Positions 46,414-58,253 of a stretch of DNA of 64,000 bases are shown in pieces. Numbering within the stretch: the first letter of the stretch is position 1; each line of letters begins with the position of its first letter. The notes under the pieces were generated by a model. That model had not been told where the DNA came from and did not search any database. It worked only from the letters and a program-made list of their open reading frames with translations. The translations under genes and the position numbers were made by a program. The stretch is from an uncultured Acidimicrobiia bacterium (lineage in GTDB: Bacteria > Acidobacteriota > Terriglobia > Versatilivoradales > Versatilivoraceae). The stretch is from contig CAWBAT010000003.1 of the NCBI GenBank assembly GCA_963786955.1, positions 64,001 to 128,000 on the forward strand. The letters run 5' to 3'.

Positions 46414-46863
46414 AAAGACTCCTATCGAAACTCAGAGAGTTCATCGAACGAGGGAATGCAAATTTGACCATTCACCATTCAAGGTCAATCTGCTTCCGCA
46501 GCGAATCAATGAACACGTTCAAATTCTGTATGTGCCTGGGAAGATTAATTTTTGTCCCGCTGAGAAGTTGCGTCTGTTTTGCGAGGAAGCCTCGGATGAG
46601 TGGGTAACAATAGAGAGAGTTCCATCGGACCAATTTGAGATACCGCAGAGCTTGAAAGGAAGAACAGAGGCAAAGGCAGGATGTCATCTCGCATGATCTC
46701 ACCGGGATCAATACTAAAAGACTAAAACAAACAAAAAGCTACCCAAGTCAATTGACTGGTGGCTCCAAGAACCCAAGTGAAGACCAGGAGTCGATATCTT
46801 GACAGCCAGGATTAACCGACTTTAGTACAGTATTTAATCGGTTGTCAAACGCCATTTACTGAA

Positions 46864-46936
46864 GTGGGTGCGAAACATTTGCGGCTGAGACCTCCTGGGA
46901 TGGCTTCTCATCTCATGACCAATGCTCCGCCCCTAC
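46864..46936. repeat. Degenerate REP pair of the RAYT family
   Basis: gtgggtgcgaaacattt ... aatgctccgcccctac. Confidence 0.6.
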
Positions 46937-46978
46937 ACAGGACTAGACCAGAACCGGGACAAGGATTCAAAGACTGAC

Positions 46979-48124
46979 TTACGACCGGCCCACGAGTCGC
47001 GGTGGACGAGCAGAATATTTGCCATCGCCTAATAGACCCACGACAGGCGAGAATTGCGAGTGGACAACCAGACCCTCGTATGTTTGGCCATCCAGCAACT
47101 GGTGAAAATAGCTTTCAAAGTCGATAGGTGTAAAATCACAAGCGAATAGCGCGATTCGTCCTTGCAATTTCGCGCGCAGCGCATGAAAGCGTTTGGTGTC
47201 GTGAAGCAAATAATTATTGATGGCCAGCAGTCCTTCGGTTGCCAGAAAGTTGTCTGCCTGATGCGTCGCGCAGCCGCAATAGTGGAGACATCCGCCGCCA
47301 AATTCCCTTAAGATTCTGGAATTGTACGGTACAACGAATTCTTGATAAGTCTTCGCTGACATGAGAACGGCGTCATCGTCAGAAAACCAAATGCCAGCAT
47401 GGCGACCCGTGTAGACTTGCTGATCGGAAATGCACTCATGGGCGGGCTCGCCGATGATTTTCTTCTGCTTTTTCACCCACCGGATCAAAGCCCAAGTGAC
47501 TTTATCCATTAACTCGTGAGTTGCGACGGGGTCATCCTGCATCAGGTAAATGAGTTTATCGTAGCCCATAAGCTGATTGGCGGTGGTCAACGGTCCTTGA
47601 AAATCAGTGATCCCGATTGGCAAAAAGCTATGGGTCTTCATATAACTCATAAAATCAAGAACCTTGGGCATCAACCCATCTTTTTCGGGATCGGGGATCT
47701 CAAGCTTCCGGACATCTGCAGCCGTTCTGACAGGATAATGACGAGGGTCGACAGCCGGATCCTGTTTTGAAGGGAATACAATTTGGCATCCGAAAGCCGA
47801 TGCGGCGACTCCAGTGCCAAACCAAGGCATGAGATAAGGGACGAAGTCATCTTCGATTTCCCTGATTTGATTATAATAGCTGCGCTCTTGGAAGTGAGTC
47901 ATCACTCCCGCATCGTCAAAGTAGTCAGCCGGAAAGGATTCTGTGTCCAGGCCAAACACCCAGTAGAAGGCGCTATTGACCACGAATGGGGGCCGATCCA
48001 CTTTCTTAAACGCAAAGACTTCGGCCGTCTTCGCTTTTACAGTTTCGATTCGTTTTTCAAACCGCTTACGGAAATCTTCTCGTTCAGAGGGCGACAATGG
48101 AGTGGTCCGAGATTCTGGATTCAT
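46979..48124 (-). CDS. Uroporphyrinogen-decarboxylase/MtaA-like family protein
   Basis: DFQGPLTTA, SDDDAVLMS..YQEFVVPY, LHYCG. Confidence 0.78.
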   Translation of the reverse strand: MNPESRTTPLSPSEREDFRKRFEKRIETVKAKTAEVFAFKKVDRPPFVVNSAFYWVFGLDTESFPADYFDDAGVMTHFQERSYYNQIREIEDDFVPYLMPWFGTGVAASAFGCQIVFPSKQDPAVDPRHYPVRTAADVRKLEIPDPEKDGLMPKVLDFMSYMKTHSFLPIGITDFQGPLTTANQLMGYDKLIYLMQDDPVATHELMDKVTWALIRWVKKQKKIIGEPAHECISDQQVYTGRHAGIWFSDDDAVLMSAKTYQEFVVPYNSRILREFGGGCLHYCGCATHQADNFLATEGLLAINNYLLHDTKRFHALRAKLQGRIALFACDFTPIDFESYFHQLLDGQTYEGLVVHSQFSPVVGLLGDGKYSARPPRLVGRS

Positions 48125-48147
48125 TTTCTTAGAACAAAGAACTCATG

Positions 48148-48218
48148 GTAGGGGCAAAGCATTTGCGGTGATATGTGCCGTTCAATCGTTTCACGTCATA
48201 CAAATGCTTCGGCCCTAC
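48148..48218. repeat. REP pair of the RAYT family
   Basis: gtaggggcaaagcatttgc ... aaatgcttcggccctac. Confidence 0.78.
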
Positions 48219-48253
48219 GGCGCACACACAGAACTCGTGCACGGATTGATTAT

Positions 48254-49284
48254 TTAGTAACAACCATACTTTCTACTTGCTTCAACAAGGGCGTGGATAT
48301 TGTCTGCCGGTGTTTGGGTCCCCAGGGCACAACCCGGCCCTAAAATGAATCCGCTATCCGGCTTCCAAATTGTAATCAGCTCGCGGCAGGCAGCGTCCAC
48401 ATCTTCGGGTTTGCCGAAGGCCAGCAATCCTGTATCAATATTGCCTAGGAGGCAAGTCCTGTGGCGGGCGGCTTCCTTGATCTTGATGCAGATCGGTCTT
48501 ATGGTCCACTTCTAAGACTTGCGCGCCGGTCGAAATAAAATCCTCCAGAATCTCGCGTTGTGTTCCCGCAGATATGGTTGTGTAGAATGACTCCGTGCTG
48601 CTTCAGTTCTTCCGCCATCGCCTTTTCATGCCGCCACGGATATTGACGATAGTGTTTTGGTGACAATAAGTCAGGTCCAGCGACAGGCTCACCAATTGAA
48701 GTGGAATGCCCGCCGCATTCGATCAGAGCGTAAGCATAACGAGTAGCGACACGCCGGCAGAAATCGAGGAGGTCATGAACCCATTCTTCTTGCTCGCCAA
48801 GGGCAATATCGATCATCAACTCGCTCATCCCACGCAGTTGAGCGGCCAAGTCCATGGGCCCCTGATCGGCTCGGGCGCAGATCCAGACTTTGTCCCCCAA
48901 CTCCTTCGATAATATGCGGGTGGCCTTCAAGATTTCAGACATGGGAAAGGTTGTATAGGGGTCCGGCACCAGAAGATCGCGAACCTCTTCCAGCCGACTG
49001 ATCAAAGGCTTTTCGACTGCCGGAGCCGATTCATCTCGATAGACCACTGTTGCTCCACAGGCCTGCGCGTTGCAGGCTGTGCCATTCTCGAGCAGGATCA
49101 TGTCGTGGCCGAATTCCCTCCAGGCCTTCAGCATGGCTTCAGCTAAAAGTTCGCCACTTCGAAAGACCTCACTCAGAGGCAATCCCGTGGCATAAGCCGC
49201 AGGCTGGAAATTATGCAAATCCACAGGGACACGGTCAGGAGGGCGAAGCTCAATTGCCGCTAGGACACGCTCGATGGAGTTCAT
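48254..49284 (-). CDS. Uroporphyrinogen-decarboxylase/MtaA-CmuA family protein, frameshifted near 48550
   Basis: PDRVPV, QGPMDLAAQLRG, LLSPKHY, HNHICG, LGNID, GFILGPGC..TPADN. Confidence 0.85.
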
Positions 49285-49521
49285 GCTTTCGAATGGCACC
49301 TTTGTTTGCCAGGGATTCCGGTAGTGACTATGGCAGTGCGGGTTCAATTCATATTCCCGCTCTTTTCGGCTGGATCCATTGTCGCCCTCGCGTCATTTGC
49401 GACGTCAAGGAATTCTGAATTTCAATAGAGTTCTGGCTAGATCAATAGGAACGCTCGGATTTGAATCATTCAGCGGAGACCACCATATTATTGGCTCCGT
49501 GTGAAGCTCGGGAGGCTGGTC

Positions 49522-50771
49522 TCAGAAAGGCCAAAAGAGCAACAGCAGTATTCCACCAATTAGCGCAACGCCGTAGAGGACTGCAATTCTGACGAACAAT
49601 TGCCGATGTCCTAATATCCAAATCACCGCAGCCTTGAAAATCAGATTGGATAAGGCTGCCACCAGAATAATCCGCCACCCGCTGGCGGGCACCGAGTGTT
49701 CCCGAATTGACCAACTGAGCCGTTGACAGAGAGATGGCATCCATGTCGGTCAGTCCCGAGAGGCCGGCCACGAAATAAAGCCCGCCTTGGCCGAGACGCT
49801 CTTTGGCTGCGGCTACTGCAAGGAGAACAATGGCAAAGAGCAGACCAAACCACAAAGCTGCCTTGAGTTCAGTAGGATTTTCCTGAATCGGCATAGGCGC
49901 TTTGCTCTTGGCGAGCCCAGAGCCAGATCCCCAAAGACAGCAGAGCGAGGAGAGCCAGCATGAGAAGCAGCGGAGGGAACACGGCCGGGAAAAATGCGGG
50001 TGACAAGAGACCGACAATCAGCAGCACGCGCACGAATACAATGGTTGAGGCAATCATCACGACGATTGCCGCTCCGGCACTGCTTTTAGGGGTTTCCGCA
50101 GTGCGTCGCGCGTAACTCACCGCTGTGGCAGTACTAGAGATCAGGCCGCCCAGGATACCCCCCAGGACAATGCCGGCTTTTTCCCCGACGAATTTATAGA
50201 CAATGTAGCCACCGAGGCTGATCCCAACGATGAGACACACCATGAGCCAGATATGATGTGGATTCAGCACCGCATAGGGACCATAAGCCCTGTTTGGCAG
50301 GATCGGAAGGATCACTAGGGACAACAACACGAACTGCATGATCGCCTTGAGATCTTCATCGCCTAGTCTTCGAGCGATCTCCATGCATCTGCCCCTTGGC
50401 CTGGAGCAAGACAGCGACTCCTCCACCGATGACAATCGCTACTTCTTTGTGACCAATGACGAGGTAGGCGCCGACCGCAAACATGAGCAACATGGCCACT
50501 TCCGTGGTTAAACCCGGATCGGCAGACCCCTCCCTGAACTCGGAATATTCCCCACAATGATGATGCCAGCCAGCGCCACCAAGCCCATGGCCACTGGCCA
50601 GCCACCGAAGCTTTGACCGAGCATCGCACAAACTGTGCCGAGAATGGTGACCATTGGAAAGGTTCGAATTCCGGCCAGACGGGAGGCTGCGTGTTCCCGC
50701 TGCAAACCTACCAGTAGGCCTAATCCCAGCGCGATGCTAAGCTGTTGAAGTGAGTTTGAGAGATCGATCAT
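49522..50771 (-). CDS. MgtC/SapB plus DUF4010 membrane protein, frameshifted
   Basis: [46 protein letters not shown]. Confidence 0.88.
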
Positions 50772-51879
50772 GATCCATTACCGGGAGCCGGCGTGCGCGG
50801 CACAAGATGGATTGCTGTAGCCTTGACAATAGCGGTTACTTGTCTCCATCCTTGAGATTCAATTCTTCACAGGACTGCCGGGTCACAAGGGCACATAATG
50901 GAATCCCACAATCCAGCATCACTTTTACCAGAACACCCTCGAAGATGATCGAAGTGATGCGGCCGGGCAGATGATTCCGGGCACTGTCTCGGCTCGTGGG
51001 TCCTCGTTCTATAATTACATCTTCAGCCCGAATGCAGAAATAGACATCCCGCCCGCCAAGGTCTCCGGGGTCGACACTGGTGATCCGGACCTGTCCTGCC
51101 TGCACAGTCAACAACCCATTCCTTGCTTCGGTGATTTCGCCCGGGGTCAGAGTCTCCGTTCCGACCGACTGAGCGACCGCGTGATTGGCGGGAAAACTGA
51201 AAACCTCTCGAACCGGCCCCGTTTGCTGGATTCGTCCGTCCACCATGACAACCAGACGGTCCCCCAAAGCAATAGCCTCCACGCGGTCATGCGTCACTAA
51301 CAAGGTAGGAATTCCAACCTGGTTGAGCAGACGCCGGAGCTCACTCCGTAAGCGACTTCGCGTAGGGTCGTCCAGAGCAGAAAGGGGTTCATCCAGCAAC
51401 AGAAGTCGAGGACGGGGAGCAAGCGTTCGAGCTAACGCGACTCTTTGCAACTGACCCCCGGAGAGCTGCCGGGGAAAACGACCCTCAATCCCGTTGAGCT
51501 GAAAGAGGTGAATCAAGTGACTGACCCGTTCTGCTCGTTGTTCCCGGCTGCAGCCGGTCAATCCAAACTCCAAATTTCCTTTTACCGTCTTATGAGGAAA
51601 CAATGCGTATTCTTGGAAGAGATAACCTATGTGCCGTTGCTGGGGAGAAAGTGATATTCCGCGACTGCTCTCGTACCAGATTTCCTTACCACGGAAGATG
51701 AAGCCGCGGTCGGGCTGCTCCAATCCCGCCAGGCAGCGCAAAAGAGTGGTCTTCCCCGAACCCGAGGGTCCAAACAAAACGGTGACTGATGGAGGACTTT
51801 GAGGGAGTTCCAGCTCCGCTTCGACCGTCGCCCCGCTCGGGAACCGCTTCTCAATTTTCAGCGTTAAGTCGTCGGCCAT
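50768..51879 (-). CDS. modC: Molybdate ABC transporter ATPase with TOBE domain
   Basis: [39 protein letters not shown] (TOBE). Confidence 0.92.
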
Positions 51880-52538
51880 CCGGTTGACACTCGCCGCTGC
51901 AGCCCATAGGTGATGACGAGAACTACAAAAGAAAAACAAAGCAGCAGCAGGGAAGTTTGACCTGCCAGGTTGTAATTCAAAGCCTGAACATCATCATAGA
52001 TGGAAATCGAGACGGTCCGGGTAATCCCCGGCAAATTGCCTCCAACCATCAAGACGACTCCGAACTCACCCAACGTGTGTGCAAAGCTCAGTACCATCCC
52101 CGCGACAATTCCCGGGATGGATAAAGGAATGATCACCTGCCAGAAGGTCCTGAATCGGGAAATTCCCAAACACCACGAGGCTTCAATGAGACGCCGATCG
52201 ACGACCTTAAAGGCCGAAGCAAAAGGTTGCACCGCAAAGGGGAGGCTATAGAGAACTGAGGCAACGAGCAAGCCTCGAAAGGAGAAGGGTAATAACTCGC
52301 CGGTCAACTGCTGATAGAATCGCCCGACAGGGCTCCTGGGACCAATGGCAATCAGCACGTAAAATCCCAGGACCGTGGGGGGCAACACTATCGGCAAGGC
52401 GACTATCGCTTCAATGGCCACTTTCCAGCGTCTGGGAGAAAAGGTCAGCCAATGGGCAATGGGCAATCCCAGAAGCAGCAAAATGAAGGTTGTCCAAAAG
52501 GACAAACGTAAGCTTAAACCGATAGCAGCCCAGTCCAA
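51864..52538 (-). CDS. modB: Molybdate ABC permease
   Basis: LPIVLPPTVLGFY, YSLPFAVQP, FAHTLGEFGVVLMVGGN. Confidence 0.95.
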   Translation of the reverse strand: MDWAAIGLSLRLSFWTTFILLLLGLPIAHWLTFSPRRWKVAIEAIVALPIVLPPTVLGFYVLIAIGPRSPVGRFYQQLTGELLPFSFRGLLVASVLYSLPFAVQPFASAFKVVDRRLIEASWCLGISRFRTFWQVIIPLSIPGIVAGMVLSFAHTLGEFGVVLMVGGNLPGITRTVSISIYDDVQALNYNLAGQTSLLLLCFSFVVLVITYGLQRRVSTGWPTT

Positions 52539-52541
52539 ATT

Positions 52542-53378
52542 TTATTTATCTCCTGGCAAACTGAAGCCATAGCGCTTCAAGAGCAAACGGCCTTTTGATC
52601 CCGTGACAAACTCGCGAAAATCTTTGAGCGCCGCTTTGGGTTCTTAGTCCATTTGAGAATGACTCCGCCTTGCTCCAAGCGGGGATAAGCGTCGGGCGGG
52701 ATCTGCCAATAACGGCCTTGGTCTTTTATTCGGGGCGCCATAGCCAACGAGAGGGCTACAATACCAATCTCGGCATTTCCAGTCTGGACAAATTGCAATG
52801 CCTGCGACACATTTTCTCCTAAAACGACTTTGTGCTGCACGACCTCCCAGAGAGTTGAAGAGCGCAGAGTCACTTCCGCAGCCTTCCCATAAGGCGCATG
52901 CTTGGGATTCGCTATGGCGATGTGATGCACCGATTCATCCCGAACGGCTTCCATCTTTAGACGCTCAACATCAATGGGCGATGAGTTGGGCACCCAGATC
53001 ACCAGATTCCCCACCGCATATAAAAACTCAGATCCCGGCAATGTCAGTCCTTGTTCACTTAATTTGTGAGGATAACCAATGTCTGCGGAGAAGAATAGAT
53101 CATAAGGAGCTTGATTGGATAATTGTGAATAAAAGTTTCCTGATGAACCATAAACGACCTTTACTGTGATTTCGGGATGATCCTTCTGAAACTCCTGGAT
53201 CATCTCATCCATGACAAACTTGAGGTCGGCGGCTGCGGCCACCAACAGCTCTCTTGGAGCCTGAGCGGCGTCCTGTCGGCTTGCCGCCCTTGGATCTCGA
53301 AAGAATCTGAATGTCCCAATTCGGGAATAGAAACACCAACCCGAGGATTAAGGATTTGATGCAATCTCTTCTGTTCAT
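52542..53378 (-). CDS. modA: Molybdate-binding periplasmic protein, frameshifted
   Basis: VAAAADL, YGSSGN, DLFFSAD, IANPKHAPYG, GENVSQA. N-terminus MNRRDCIK is in another frame. Confidence 0.93.
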
Positions 53379-53434
53379 GCGAAACACATCCTTAATAGGA
53401 ACTCTTCGAAACAATATGTTGGAGGAGTCTCGGA

Positions 53435-54556
53435 TCACACCAAGATCCGTCCCGTTTGACTGGTATCGTAACCTCCGAGCGCTTCTAGCTCTCGCTTTAA
53501 GGACGAGCGGTTTAGCACATCCAGTATGATCTGAACCGCCTCTAGATCGAAATAGGCCTCGGGAAGAATCAGGTCGTAACGCTCACTCAGGAGCGGAATA
53601 AACCCTAAACCAAAGACCTGTGCGGCCGCCCGCACTGCGATGCAACAGTCCACTTCCCCGCTGAAAACATGCCAGGCAGCGGGGATATGTCCATAAGCGA
53701 TTCGTTCATAGCCGCGCACCGCTCCGGCTGCGATGCCGTGTTTTTGCAAAAATGAGTCCAACAGGAATCGGCTGCCTGCACCAGGCTCACGATTCACCCA
53801 AATCAAGTCCTTGCGCGCCAGCTGTTCAACGTTGCGAATCCGCTTCGGGTTGCCTTTTGCGACGACCAAGCCTTCCTCCCAGTTTGCGAATGTGACCGCG
53901 CGATAACCTCCACAGGGAAACAGCTTCTTCACCGCCGGCAAGTTGGATTCTCCCGTGGCTTCATCGCGGAGGTGAGTTCCTGCAATATGAATTCTTTTCT
54001 GCTTGAGCCATTGGAGAGCCTGGGAACTGGAACACCCCGCCACGATAAGTTGGAAATCGCTATAACGGTTCAGTTGGCGGGCCAGGACTGACATGCCTGG
54101 ATCACACCCCGCTACCACTAAGCTTTTGGTGAGGGTGGCTTCGAGATTCAATGGTTGTACTGTAGCCCTCCGCAAACGGTCCATACTGAGCACGATACCG
54201 TCGGCCCTCGGCAACCCGATCGAAATGGGCGAGGACGGGATACCCACACGTGTTTGTCAACCCGACACAGACGAACAGGTTGGCGAGGATGGAGGCTTTC
54301 TCCGAGATTTGAAACGAGCAGGTCGACTTCTTCGTAATGTCTGCAAGACCCCAGGATTTTCCTCAATTGAGAAGAGATCTTCGACAGAAACATCAAATGC
54401 TTTGGCTAGCTTTAAAGCCACCACAGTATTTGGAATATAGCTCCCCGCTTCAATTGCATAGATAGTCTGTCGCTTGATTCCCACTTGGTCGGCTAAAGCG
54501 ACTACCGTGAGGCCACTTTTCTGACGAATTTTGGCCAGGTTATTTTTTGCCCGCAT
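53435..54556 (-). CDS. XRE-HTH plus periplasmic-binding-protein-like (molybdate-sensing) regulator, frameshifted
   Basis: HTH LADQVGIKRQTIYAIEAG. PBP motifs AGCDP, HIAGTHL, VNREPGAGSR and GGYD. It heads the modABC operon. Confidence 0.85.
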
Positions 54557-54681
54557 TGAAAAAGCTCCTCGATATGAAAATTATGCTATCATACTGTCTT
54601 TTTAAAATGACTAATTACTCGTAAACTTTACTTCGTGGATGTGAAGTAAATCAAGAACGGAAAGAAGGGGAGGACTTTTAG

Positions 54682-57600
54682 GTGCTTCGAATAATCCGAA
54701 AAACCGTTTGGCATATTGTTGGAGCCGTGTTTATCTAACTATAATTCCAGTGGCAAATGCCCAAGTGGGACAAGCGGATTTGACAGGAGAAATTCGTGAT
54801 CCCTCCGCGGCGATTGTTTCATCAGCTAAGGTAACTGTAACGGAGTTGCAAACCAACCAGTCCTATATCGCGACCACAGACCAAGCCGGCGTATACGATT
54901 TTGGCTACCTTAAGCCAGGAGTGTATACCCTGACCGTTGAAGCCCAGGGGTTCAAACGTTATGTGCGAGAGGGCATCCAGCTGGCGACGGGAGAATTGAT
55001 TCGTGTGGATGCGGCACTGGTGCTTGGAAGCGAAAGTGAAATCGTCACCGTGACCGAAAACGCGTCCCTTCTTCGAACCGAGTCTGGCACGCTAGGCCAG
55101 GTCATCAGCAATCGCAAGATTATCGATTTGCCTCTTAATGGCCGCAATTTCATCCCGTTAGTTGCACTTGTTCCTGGTGTGGCGTTGCCTCCTGGGTCCT
55201 CTTTCCCGCGTATCAATGGAGGCAGGCCGCGAGTGAACGAGTACTTGTTTGATGGTATCTCGGTCCTGCAGCCTGAACCTGGGCAGGTAGCGTATTTCCC
55301 GATCATTGACGCCATCCAGGACTTCAAAGTCGTTACGAACAGCCCGCCGGCTGAGTTCGGGCGTTTTAATGGTGGAGTTATAAATCTGACCACGAAATCT
55401 GGCACCAATGGTTTTCATGGTTCGATTTTTGAGTTCTTCAGAAACGAAGCGCTGAACGCGCGGAATCTTTTCGCTCCCCCGACGCCATCCAATCCCGACA
55501 AGCCGCGCTTTCGACGCAATCAGTTCGGATTTGTGTTTGGTGGCCCAATCATTCAGGATAAGACTTTCTTTTTTTGGGACTATCAGGGAACCCGCCAGGA
55601 CATTGGACGGGTGAGGGTCTCCACCGTGCCAACGCTGTTCCAGCGCCAAGGAATCTTTACCGAAAAAATTGCCGGCAGTGTCCCCAAAATCTATGACCCG
55701 GCGACCACGGCGCCAAAGCCCGGTGGTGGCTTCGTCCGCGATCCATTTGCCAATAATACAATCCCCCAAGCGCGGATTGATCCCGTAGCACTGACCTTGC
55801 TGCAACGTTATCCCCTGCCCACCAGCGGGGGCACCGCCAACAACTATCGCAGAATAGACAACGAAGGCGATAGTCAAGACCAGCTTGACTTTCGCGTCGA
55901 TCATCGTTTTTCAGACCGTGATCAGATGTTTGGTCGCTTTTCTTATGCGAACGATGTCATTAATCCCGTCACGCCTTTACCGGATGGGAGCGGAAGTATC
56001 ACGAGCGGCGCCATTGCGTTGACCCAGACTCCGAGTTACTCCGTAGCTTCGAACTATTTGCATACTTTTAATGCCCGATTTATCAATGAACTCCGATTTG
56101 GTTACACGCGTCGATCCATCGATCGTAGAGCGCTCTTGCTGAACAGTCCTCCCTCTGAAAGCTTGAATTTACCGGGGATTCCTACGAATAGTGCTTTTCA
56201 GAACGAACTCCCCACTTTTCTAATCGATGGCATTCAGCAACAAGGTCCTGCGCCCAACACGGACTCTGTTTTTCGCACCGATGTCACGCAGCTTACCGAT
56301 GTATTCTCCGTCTTACGTGGCAGACACTCCCTTAAGTTCGGCCTTGATTTTCGTTGGGAACGCCTGGATGTGGTCCAGCCTCCCTCTCCGACGGGCCAAT
56401 TCCGCTTTAGTACTCTATTTACCGATCTGCCGGGAGTGACCGGTACAGGGAATTCCCTGGCTAGCTTTCTTTTAGGGCAGGTGCAAACCTTCTCGATTGA
56501 CCTGCAAAATAACGTTCTTCGTCCCAGGGCCGCCATTCAGGAATATTTCATACAGGATGATTGGAAAGTCACCCCTCGATTGACGATTAATGCCGGCCTT
56601 AGATATACCCTGAACTTTCCGTCGACGGAGGTGGATAATCAGGGAGCGGTGTTTAACCTACAAACCGAACAAATGGACTATCTTGGCAAAGATGGAATTT
56701 CCCGGAGTGCCCGAGAGTTGCAGTTGCACGACTTCGGCCCCCGGCTTGGCATCGCTTATCGGCTTAGGGAAAAAACCGTAATTCGTTCCGGCTATGGTTT
56801 GGTGTGGCTAGAACAGGCCGGAATCACGACGCCCTTCACAGTACCGCAGTTCCCGTTTCTTCAGACTGTGAACCAGCGGAATCTAGACAATATCAACCCG
56901 GCATTTGTGCTGGCGAAAGGACCCACTGTGGCGCCCAGCCCTCTCACGCCGGATGCCGGGCTGGGACAGGGCGTATTTTCGGTGGATTCTGGACTAGGCT
57001 CCGGTTATGCCCAGCAATGGAACCTGGCGATCCAGCAAGAGCTCAGCCGCAATTTCGTATTTGAAGTGGCCTACGCCGGATCCAAAATCACTCATATTGG
57101 TATCCCTGATACCAATATCAATCAGCTCACCGCTGAACAGCTCAGCTTGGGGTCGGCCTTACTCCAACGGGTACCCAATCCCTTTTTCGGAGAGATTCCT
57201 CGGTCTTCGTCTTTGGGTGACCCCACAATCCCCCGAGGGCAACTTTTGAAGCCTTACCCTCGTTTCACCGCGGTGAGCTTGTACCGGAATAATGTCGGCA
57301 ACACCAATTACAATGCCCTGCAGGTGAAACTTGAAAAGCGTTTCGCTTCCGGCTTCTCTTTCTTAATTAGCTATACTCGCTCGAAGTTGATCGATGACGC
57401 CTCTTCGGTTTTTGATGCGAGCATTTTGACAGGTCCTGTGGCCAACTACCCGGTGGCAGATAGCTTTAATCGAAGGCTGGAACGGGACCTTTCCATGGGC
57501 GATATCCCCAATGTCTTTGTGGCCAGTTACGTCTATGAGCTGCCATTTGGGCCGGGACGCCGCTTTGACCCCAGAGGATTTTCGGGGAAGCTCTTGCGCG

Positions 57601-58040
57601 GTTGGGAACTGGCCGGGGTAGTCACCTTCCAATCAGGAATACCTCTAGCCGTTACCCAGGCAACCAATTTCAATGCTTTTGCCGGTTTTGGGACGCAAAG
57701 GCCGAACCGTGTAGCCAACCCGGAGTTGCCCAGTGATGAACGCAGCACGGCCCAGTTTTTTAACACCGCTGCTTTCTTGGTGGCGCCGCAGTTTACTTTG
57801 GGGAGTAGCTCACGAAATCCAGTTCGCGGCCCCAACTATCAGAACGTCGACCTGGCGTTGATCAAACGAACCTACGTCCGAGAGCAGATGAACGTCGAAT
57901 TTCGGGCCGAGACTTTTAACCTTACCAACACACCACCCCTCAACGCTCCGAATGCCGTCTTAGGTACACCGGGGTTTGGCTCAATCAACTCGGCAGGAGA
58001 TCCAAGAGTGATCCAGTTCGCTTTGAAATTCAATTTCTGA
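54682..58040 (+). CDS. TonB-dependent receptor-like protein with N-terminal CarboxypepD_reg domain
   Basis: LPLNGRNF, AEFGR..GGVIN..TKSGTN.FHG, RNQFG, QDDWK, FGPRLG and C-terminal PRVIQFALKFNF. There is an indel near the start. Confidence 0.93.
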
Positions 58041-58253
58041 CGCCTTGGACATCTGATTCAGGCAGTTTTTATGATCAGCCCATGACTCTGGACAGGAAGC
58101 TTAATCTGGACTAAAATGTAATGAAATTGTTTGTCCCTCTCAGGAAACGGAGGTTACTGGCTTGAGACAGTAAAGATATTCACAATCCTCAAATCTGCAT
58201 ACTGGGCTTTCCCAGGAATTCCCAAGGGATCGCTGTTTTTTCTGGAGGAAAGA

